This document shows, piece after piece, positions 25,646-32,000 of a stretch of 32,000 nt of DNA. Position 1 is the stretch's first letter, and each line of letters opens with the position of its first letter. Made by a program: the position numbers and the translations under genes. This stretch comes from Acaryochloris marina MBIC11017 (GTDB lineage: Bacteria; Cyanobacteriota; Cyanobacteriia; Thermosynechococcales; Thermosynechococcaceae). Below the pieces are notes generated by a model. That model was not told the origin of the DNA. It saw nothing but the letters and a program-made list of their open reading frames with translations, and did not search any database. The stretch spans positions 2,910,001-2,942,000 of the forward strand of contig NC_009925.1 of assembly GCF_000018105.1 (NCBI RefSeq). Reading direction: 5' to 3'.

Positions 25646-26521
25646 TTAACTAGCAGCCTGGTAAGGGCAGAATCCTTGCTTGCCAAACCCACAATAAGAT
25701 TCACAGCGTTTGTTTTGCCCTAGACGTTGCTCAATCCATTCGCCTTTCTGGTGGGTTGTCATCCAGTCTTGAGCAGCAGTTTCCGAATCACACACCTTCA
25801 GCGCAGATTTACGACCTTTTTTCATCACGGCATAAGTTGTTGGGGTGGCCCAGCGCTCTTCGGGTGAACACATTGGAGGAGGCGTATCACCTTGTGCAGA
25901 TGTATGAAGCTGGATGCGCGATCGCATGTAATCCCAAACCTCAATCTCAGACCATAAGGGCACCTCAATCACTTCTACAGGTTTAAGGCCATCCCGCTCA
26001 TGGCGAGGCCCCCAGTCCCGGAGCAGAGCCACAATTTGCAGCTTCTGGATGTTAGGAAGATGGGGAATCCCTGATCCCTCAACCGCGTTTTCTAACAAAA
26101 ATCGATAGACATTGAGCTGGCGGTCCCATTCCACCTTGCCTTCAGCTTTAGCCGATTTCACAGTCCAGGAACTTGTGAATTTATAATCCTGCAGCAGGCC
26201 ATCAGCAGTCACCACCAAGTCAATATGGCCAGAGACCCGAAAGCCATCCACCTCTGCAATGGCTTCTGTTTCCACATGTTCTCCTTCGGCTGCAAACTCT
26301 TCTAAAATCGAATGCATCAGGGTGCCATACAGGGGCCACAGCCGTTCGGAAACATCTTCTTCGAGCTGATCGCTATATTGGCGTCGCAACCAAGCAATAA
26401 GCGGGGCATCAATTAATTGGGTACAAGATAGATCTGCCTTCCCGACGGAATGATGTGCATTTTGCCATTCCACGGCCCGATACAGAGGCATGGGCAAATT
26501 CAGCTTGTTGGTGAGTTTCAT
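25646..26521 (-). CDS. PD-(D/E)XK nuclease, Cas4/RecB-like, with a putative 4-Cys Fe-S cluster
   Basis: 291 aa. Motifs in order: GTLMHSILEE, SGHIDLV, LQDYKFTS, QLNVYRFLL (QxxxY). Cys33 plus a C-terminal C273-x3-C277-x7-C285. Confidence 0.8.
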   Translation of the reverse strand: MKLTNKLNLPMPLYRAVEWQNAHHSVGKADLSCTQLIDAPLIAWLRRQYSDQLEEDVSERLWPLYGTLMHSILEEFAAEGEHVETEAIAEVDGFRVSGHIDLVVTADGLLQDYKFTSSWTVKSAKAEGKVEWDRQLNVYRFLLENAVEGSGIPHLPNIQKLQIVALLRDWGPRHERDGLKPVEVIEVPLWSEIEVWDYMRSRIQLHTSAQGDTPPPMCSPEERWATPTTYAVMKKGRKSALKVCDSETAAQDWMTTHQKGEWIEQRLGQNKRCESYCGFGKQGFCPYQAAS

Positions 26522-26780
26522 TTAATAGGTATGTATAAGAATATTTAGGTGCATTATCTGCAAGATAGGTACTTTTTCCCCAAGATAGATCATGGCTTTA
26601 TCCCCTGCTGAGCGAGGTGTCTCTGGGGCGGGGTGGGGTCGATGGGTCCTCTCAAGAAAACCTACCCCTAGCCCTTCCCAAGAGGGGAATGTAAGCTAGA
26701 CTTTTTATTGCTCGATTAGATCCCAGAAAGCTGAAGCTCTGATCGCATGTCCGACAACGCGTCAGGATGGTAATCCACCG

Positions 26781-27590
26781 ATGAAAATTAGCGAATTGAT
26801 TGAGTGGTTTGAAGGCTGGGCTAACCCCTCCTGGCAGGAGAAGTGGGATAACTGTGGTTGGCAGATTGAGCCAGGAATTTTGGATCAACCGGCTCGGGTA
26901 CTGGTATGTTTAACACCGACTTTGGCGGTGATGGAAGAAGCGATTGCACTGCAGCAGCAGGGCACCCCTGTTAATTTAATTTTTGCCCACCATCCTTTGA
27001 TTTTTAGCCCTCTGAAATCGGTGCAGAAAGGTGATGCCATTGGCGATATGGTCCGCCTCTCCATTAACCATCAAATTGGAGTTTACAGTGCCCATACCAA
27101 TTTCGATCAAGTTATGGATGGCACAGCGGATGTATTGTCTCAGCTTTTAGAGCTACAGAGCGCGGAACCTGTAGAGCCGACTCAAGATGGCCTCGGATAC
27201 GGTCGCGTGGGCAATCTGAAGTCTGCGCTGACCCTACAGCAGCTTTTAGCCAAGATTCAGTCTGCTCTCAACCCAGCCAATTTATTGGTATCACCCACAG
27301 CCGATCGTCAGCAAGAAATTGAGCGGGTCGCGGTATTGGGAGGGTCTGGCGCTAGCTATATCTCCGCCGTGAGCCAAACGGGTGCTCAAGTCTATTTGAC
27401 ATCAGACTGTAAATTTCATCAGTTTCAAGAGAGTCGCGATTTCAACCTAATTCTGATTGATGCCGGACACTATGCAACAGAACGACCTGCCTGTGAACGC
27501 TTAGCTCAAAAATTTACCGACAAGGGAGTTGCATGGGCACAACTGAGCCAGTTAGATGAAGATTTTCGTAATTTCTGGCAAACAGTGTAG
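26781..27590 (+). CDS. Nif3-like dinuclear metal centre protein (YbgI/GTP cyclohydrolase 1 type 2 family)
   Basis: 269 aa. Motifs WDNCGWQI, LIFAHHPLIF, YSAHTNFD, and a C-terminal IDAGHYATE. Confidence 0.88.
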   Translation: MKISELIEWFEGWANPSWQEKWDNCGWQIEPGILDQPARVLVCLTPTLAVMEEAIALQQQGTPVNLIFAHHPLIFSPLKSVQKGDAIGDMVRLSINHQIGVYSAHTNFDQVMDGTADVLSQLLELQSAEPVEPTQDGLGYGRVGNLKSALTLQQLLAKIQSALNPANLLVSPTADRQQEIERVAVLGGSGASYISAVSQTGAQVYLTSDCKFHQFQESRDFNLILIDAGHYATERPACERLAQKFTDKGVAWAQLSQLDEDFRNFWQTV

Positions 27591-27693
27591 AAAATTTGAA
27601 GTTTATCGAGGTATAGACTCTTGCCAACCTGACTTTTTGAATATTTCTGCAGTTCTGTGAATCGCACTATGGGGCTTAAGGTTAAGCAGGTTG

Positions 27694-28149
27694 ATGAAAA
27701 AAGTTTGCCAACTTTATAGGCAACTGCCCACAAGGCTCACCAACAGCATTGAGATAGTCGGTATTGTCATTGGGCTATTGATGATGGTGATCTTGGCCAA
27801 TATAGCTGCGGATGGCTCGATATTGGCTTTTATCATCTTTTCGCTCATTACCTTGGCCCTTTTAAGCGCTCAGCCTCTCCAGCAATGGCAGGGGCGTCGA
27901 CACTCCAAGCAGCAGTTCAGACTTCGTCAGCAAAGAGTCGATCAGCTACTAGCAGGACGTCCTCGAGCAGACATTTTGAAGGCATCACCTTTCAACTATG
28001 GTCGTTGGCCCGACGGTGATAACAATTACGTAATTGATGATCAAAGAGTAGGTAAGATTGTTCACCAAGTCTGGAGTCCACAAGAAGCAGAGTTATGGAT
28101 TTTAGAGCAAACGTTACATGAAGAAAAAAACAGTGACGGCAGAGCGTAA
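27694..28149 (+). CDS. Hypothetical membrane protein (two N-terminal TM helices, soluble C-terminal domain)
   Basis: ORF-track entry, which starts at TTG 27691; the ATG at 27694 is preferred. Hydrophobic stretches are IVGIVIGLLMMVILANI and ILAFIIFSLITLALL. No family recognised. Confidence 0.55.
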   Translation: MKKVCQLYRQLPTRLTNSIEIVGIVIGLLMMVILANIAADGSILAFIIFSLITLALLSAQPLQQWQGRRHSKQQFRLRQQRVDQLLAGRPRADILKASPFNYGRWPDGDNNYVIDDQRVGKIVHQVWSPQEAELWILEQTLHEEKNSDGRA

Positions 28150-28371
28150 GAACACTACGCCTATAAAATCGACCCCACGTTGCTGGCATCAGCCTTTCTA
28201 GATTTCCGTTAGTTGGGATATCACTGCCATACCGTCATCAAAGATAGGCTAAATCAACCTTACCCATACATTCAAGTTTGTTAACCCCGCTTCTGAGCTA
28301 AGCTAGTAATGCTTATACACCGCTCGACGACATGTATCGGTCGTCGATTATTGATTTAAAGGAGACAGCAC

Positions 28372-29679
28372 GTGGTCAGGATTCTCCGGTTGTCAGAGAT
28401 GACATCTGAAGAACTCGCTTCCATCAAACGACGGGCCGAGTTAGATATTGAACAAGCGCTAGCTGTCGCCAAAGAAGTGATTGACGAGATTCGCGCCGAC
28501 GGTGATCAGGGCGTGATCAAATACGTGCGTAAATTTGATTTTCCCGGTGCCACTGCCGAAAATCTTAAAGTGACTGAAGCTGAGTTTGCTGCTGCCCGCG
28601 AGCAAGTCGAGCCTGAAATCAAAGCGGCGATTGAGCAAGCCTATCGCAACATCAAAGAAGTACACGAGCGGCAAATGCCAGAAGAAGTGCAGCTTGCCGA
28701 AATCGATGGCGGCGTCTTTGCTGGGGAGAAAGTCACCCCCATTGCCAGTGCTGGACTATACGTGCCTCGGGGTAAAGGCTCCTTTCCTTCTGTGATGCTG
28801 ATGCTTAGCGTGCCTGCGGTGGTGGCCGGGGTGGAAAAGGTAGTCGTCTGCACGCCACCTGATAAGAACGGCACCGTTGAGCCTGCCTCTCTTGTGGCTG
28901 CTGAACTTGCAGGGGTCAAAGATATTTATAAACTCGGTGGCATCCAAGCGATCGCAGGTATGGCGATTGGCACAGAAACCGTTCCTAAAGTCGATAAAAT
29001 CACCGGACCTTGTAACGTTTATGGCTCCGCCGCTAAGCGATTGCTCTACGGCACCGTTGATGTGGGCTTACCCGCTGGCCCCAGTGAATCCATTATTCTT
29101 ACGGACGAAACCACCGATCCTCGCATTGCAGCCCTCGATCTGCTTGTAGAAGCAGAGCATGGTCCTGACTCGGCAGGCTTACTGGTGACCCACAGCGAAG
29201 ACCTCGCCAAAGCTGCCTCCAAACATGCTGATGACTATATGGAGAAGCTACCGGACTGGCGTAAAAACTTTTGCCAAACCGGGTTGTCTTCCTATGGTGG
29301 TATTATTCTGACCTCTAGTCTGGAAGAATCCATCGACTTCTTGAACGAGTATGCCCCTGAGCATTTGGAAGTCCTTGTCCAAGACCCCCTCAGCGTTCTC
29401 GGCAAAATCAAGAACGCCGGTGAAATTCTGCTTGGTCCCTATACCCCGATTCCAACGGCCAACTACTGCATCGGTGTTAACGCTATTCTGCCGACGGGCG
29501 GCTTTGCTCGTTCCTACTCGGCGGTGTCGGTATACGACTTCCTCAAACGCACCGGGATTGGTTATTTAACCCAGGAAGGCTTTGCTCGCTTAGGTCATAC
29601 GGCTCAGACCTTGGCAGAGCATGAGGACTTCCCAGCCCATGCCATGGCCATTCGTGAGCGCAAGAACCTGCTCCCGTAA
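28372..29679 (+). CDS. hisD: Histidinol dehydrogenase
   Basis: 435 aa with a GTG start preceded by AAAGGAG. Motifs YVPRGKGSFPSVMLM, GPCNVYG, EAEHGPDS and NYC.GVNAILPTGG. Confidence 0.93.
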   Translation: MVRILRLSEMTSEELASIKRRAELDIEQALAVAKEVIDEIRADGDQGVIKYVRKFDFPGATAENLKVTEAEFAAAREQVEPEIKAAIEQAYRNIKEVHERQMPEEVQLAEIDGGVFAGEKVTPIASAGLYVPRGKGSFPSVMLMLSVPAVVAGVEKVVVCTPPDKNGTVEPASLVAAELAGVKDIYKLGGIQAIAGMAIGTETVPKVDKITGPCNVYGSAAKRLLYGTVDVGLPAGPSESIILTDETTDPRIAALDLLVEAEHGPDSAGLLVTHSEDLAKAASKHADDYMEKLPDWRKNFCQTGLSSYGGIILTSSLEESIDFLNEYAPEHLEVLVQDPLSVLGKIKNAGEILLGPYTPIPTANYCIGVNAILPTGGFARSYSAVSVYDFLKRTGIGYLTQEGFARLGHTAQTLAEHEDFPAHAMAIRERKNLLP

Positions 29680-29703
29680 GGGGCGGCATTACCGAGGGTT
29701 ACC

Positions 29704-30927
29704 GTGTCCGATCAACTCCTGTATCAGATTCAGACCTTACAGTTTTCTGATCAGGCAGCGGCGAATGCCCTGCTGAAGGACTTCGTTAACGACAATTTTC
29801 CCTTCAATGTGGAGCAAGTGCAGGTGCGGCCTTCGGCAGTCTCCCTCAACTCCATCAATGGATTTCTGCATACCGTGGAAGGGGACAAGCTGTTCTTCAA
29901 AACCCATGTGGAGCCTCAAAGCCTAATTCATGAGTATTACAACTCTACGATTATGGCAGAGGCAGGCTACCCGATTATTCAGCCCATTTTTAGCTCGACG
30001 GAATGGGGCAAGCAGCTGTTAGTTTATGAGTTTTTCGAGTTCCCCTCCCTGTTTGACGTAGCTCGTCAGATTGAAACGGGACAGCGAGGTGGGACTGACC
30101 GAATTGTTGCCCTGCAGGAAAAAGCCGACCAAGCCCTATGGGATATCTATCAGCAAACCTTGCAGCCTTTATCTGCTGAAGACCATGCTGACGTGCCCAT
30201 TCATCAACTCTTTATTCATCGCCTGGTTGGGGGACGCTATCACGAGTTTTATGCGGGCAAAGAAGTCAAGTTACCGGGGCAAACCCTCAATTTTGATCAG
30301 CTGGCTCAACTGACTTGGCAGATTAATGGCATTCCTTACCGAGACACCCTTGCGGACATTATCCAAACGGCCAGTCAAAAACTTAATCCAACTGCTACTC
30401 CCTCTGTCGTCGGTCATGGGGATGCCCATAATGGCAATGTGTTTGTGGATGAAGGCACAGAAACCCTGATCTATTTCGATCCGGCCTTTGCAGGACGACA
30501 TTCACCCTTTCTAGATCTCACGAAGCCAATCTTCCATAATGTATTTGCAATTTGGCTCTATTTTCCCCAAGAGATAGCCAAAGACCTGTCTATTAACGTG
30601 GAGATTTCAGCAGATCGCATCCAAGTGGATCATGATTTCCAACCCTCAGCCATACGACTGGGATTCCTGCAATCCAAACTTAAGCATGTCCTTCAACCTT
30701 TACTTGACCATCTCAAAGCTGCAGGACAACTCCCGGATACCTGGCGACAAGAACTCAAGCTAGCGCTTTTTTGCTGTCCCTTTTTAACCATGAACCTCTG
30801 CGATACCCAGCGATTTCCTCCTGAAATTACGCTATTGGGACTCTCTCTAGCAGTTGAAATGGGCAGTTTTAGCAGCTCTGAAGACCAAAGCCTGTTGGAT
30901 ACGACCCTAGACCAACTGAGCGCCTGA
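29704..30927 (+). CDS. Phosphotransferase-family protein (APH / choline-kinase-like fold)
   Basis: 407 aa, GTG start. It has the Brenner-type catalytic motif VVGHGDAHNGNVFV followed by IYFDPAF (DxD/DFG-like). Confidence 0.7.
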   Translation: MSDQLLYQIQTLQFSDQAAANALLKDFVNDNFPFNVEQVQVRPSAVSLNSINGFLHTVEGDKLFFKTHVEPQSLIHEYYNSTIMAEAGYPIIQPIFSSTEWGKQLLVYEFFEFPSLFDVARQIETGQRGGTDRIVALQEKADQALWDIYQQTLQPLSAEDHADVPIHQLFIHRLVGGRYHEFYAGKEVKLPGQTLNFDQLAQLTWQINGIPYRDTLADIIQTASQKLNPTATPSVVGHGDAHNGNVFVDEGTETLIYFDPAFAGRHSPFLDLTKPIFHNVFAIWLYFPQEIAKDLSINVEISADRIQVDHDFQPSAIRLGFLQSKLKHVLQPLLDHLKAAGQLPDTWRQELKLALFCCPFLTMNLCDTQRFPPEITLLGLSLAVEMGSFSSSEDQSLLDTTLDQLSA

Positions 30928-30966
30928 GCAAGACTTCAAGTGGTGCCGTCCATGTGGAATTAACCT

Positions 30967-31524
30967 ATGCCGACGTTTCCTAAATTGCAGTGTAAGCGCG
31001 GCATTCTGCGAATGGCGACACAGGATGATATCGATGCCATTCTTAGGTATTTCATCGTTAATCGTGATCATTTAGAACCCTTTGAGCCGATCAAGCCTGT
31101 AGAGTTTTATACACCGGAGTTTTGGCGGGCATTGATTTGCGATCGCACCCAGGCATTCCTCAACGACCAAGGCATCAAATTCTTTCTCTTTGATCAGGAT
31201 AATTCCCAGCAGATTATTGCAACGATCAACTTCTCAAATGTCATTCGAGGTGCTTTTCAGTCCTGCACCCTAGGGTTTAGTATTTCCGCCCAATATCAGG
31301 GGCAAGGCTATATGACCGAGTCAATACCTGTTGCTATTTCATACTTATTTTCTGACCTCAGCTTTCATCGAATTATGGCAGCCTATATGCCCCATAACCA
31401 ACGTAGCGGCAGACTTCTCCGACGATTAGGCTTTCAAATGGAAGGGTATGCCCCTAGATATCTCTGTATTAACGGAATCTGGCAAGACCACATACTCACC
31501 AGCCTCATTAAAACTAATGTTTAG
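30967..31524 (+). CDS. rimJ: GNAT N-acetyltransferase, RimJ-like (ribosomal protein S5-alanine acetyltransferase family)
   Basis: 185 aa. The long collinear block INFSNVIRGAFQSCTLGFSI...QGQGYMTE...HRIMAAYMPHNQRSGRLLRRLGFQMEGYA..YL.INGIWQDHILTSL closely resembles E. coli RimJ as I recall it. Confidence 0.78.
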   Translation: MPTFPKLQCKRGILRMATQDDIDAILRYFIVNRDHLEPFEPIKPVEFYTPEFWRALICDRTQAFLNDQGIKFFLFDQDNSQQIIATINFSNVIRGAFQSCTLGFSISAQYQGQGYMTESIPVAISYLFSDLSFHRIMAAYMPHNQRSGRLLRRLGFQMEGYAPRYLCINGIWQDHILTSLIKTNV

Positions 31525-31603
31525 ATTTTATTTAGATATACCCATCACCAAACCGAAAAAGACTTGGGCACAATAGGGGTAGCTATTGTCATGGAAGTTC
31601 GAC

Positions 31604-31628
31604 GGGGGGCGCAAGCCCCTTTTTTTTT
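31604..31628 (+). terminator. Rho-independent terminator downstream of rimJ
   Basis: GGGGC-GCAA-GCCCC (GNRA tetraloop) followed by nine T residues (31620-31628). Confidence 0.65.
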
Positions 31629-31936
31629 AGAGAATTAGACAACAAAACAACAACTTAAAATCTGGTGAATTGTTTCAAATTTTCCACTTCTGTACAACAT
31701 TTTTTATTCTTTTGGCAACTTAAAATATCTTTAACTATCTCTCGCTGAATTGAGAGATAAAGCTTTGCAAAATCTGAGTATCTTTTCTATCGCACTGCTA
31801 AGAATGCGATAGAAGCGGCAGTCAAGAACTTTAATCCCCAAAGATCTCAAAGTTCAAAAAATAATTATTAATATTTCCTACAGAGATGTGTTTGTTTCTG
31901 TAGAAAATAGGGCATGATGTAATCAATTAGTCTCCA

Positions 31937-31965
31937 AATAAAAACCCAGCACGGGGGGTGCTGGG
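31937..31965 (-). terminator. Rho-independent terminator for a minus-strand transcript entering from the right edge
   Basis: CCCAGCAC-ggggg-GTGCTGGG (8-bp stem, 31945-31965), preceded on the plus strand by AAATAAAAA. On the minus strand this reads as hairpin followed by TTTTTATTT. Confidence 0.55.
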
Positions 31966-32000
31966 TCGATATGGGAGGTATTGGAACCCTCTGGATGAGT

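Noticed and set aside
23907-26780. Treating the DUF6155-like / DUF1830 / PipX-like / nuclease block as a bounded genomic island or defence island
   Set aside because: There are no flanking direct repeats, tRNA, integrase or recognisable defence partners. The shared 6-7-mers at the two borders are no better than chance. Only the compositional dip over 24621-25421 remains as a weak lead.
26652-26888. 78-aa minus-strand ORF overlapping the Nif3 start
   Set aside because: Its C-terminal part is generated by the G/C-rich intergenic repeat, and the remainder is antisense to the Nif3-like gene, whose N-terminus it overlaps. No RBS or family signal.
31966-32000. Possible 3' half of a minus-strand tRNA (GGTTCCAAT T-loop-like sequence)
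   Set aside because: The putative T-stem (GAGGG / ACCTC) has a G-A mismatch at the loop-closing pair. The loop has C where a purine is expected. No acceptor or CCA context fits.
1-32000. CRISPR arrays, tandem repeat arrays, rRNA/tRNA genes, group II introns, retron/DGR-like elements
   Set aside because: I found no regularly spaced direct repeats, no reverse-transcriptase-like ORF, and no tRNA-like T-arm/acceptor combinations while reading both strands. The only repeats seen are HIP1 octamers, the IS termini and target duplication, and the kinase linker duplication.

Overview
This is a chromosomal window from a cyanobacterium. Supporting evidence: psbA (D1), a psb30/ycf12-like mini-gene, the fbp-tal-zwf-opcA oxidative pentose phosphate cluster, a PipX-like gene, DUF1830, and 14 copies of the HIP1 octamer GCGATCGC. 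About 30 genes are present and most are housekeeping. They include: a triple-FHA ABC exporter (partial, left edge); fbp, tal, zwf, opcA; cbiA; ruvA overlapping a sucrose-phosphate phosphatase; an MFS transporter; a 4-Cys-prefixed Ser/Thr kinase; an alpha/beta hydrolase; psbA; recJ; a YkgJ-type Cys-cluster protein; a split GDT1/TMEM165 pair; a Nif3-like protein; hisD; an APH-like phosphotransferase; and rimJ. One intact IS5-family (IS903-group) insertion sequence, with inverted repeats and a 9-bp target duplication, sits between the ABC gene and the fbp operon. I found no CRISPR array, tRNA, rRNA, integrase or recognisable defence island, and I cannot point to a clear novel multi-gene system. 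The features most worth a second look are: (1) a divergent PipX-like ORF with an obligatory N-terminal extension in an AT-richer patch, next to an orphan Cas4-like Fe-S nuclease; (2) a DUF6155-like gene interrupted by a single in-frame TAG; (3) a roughly 300-bp AT-rich, ORF-free stretch between two convergent terminators that carries three perfect hairpins; (4) a 39-codon psb30-like gene missing from the ORF track, whose stop codon overlaps that of recJ; and (5) a Lys/Arg-rich small ORF that reads through a bidirectional terminator downstream of psbA. All family assignments come from reading motifs by eye and from memory of family sequences. None has been confirmed by a database search.
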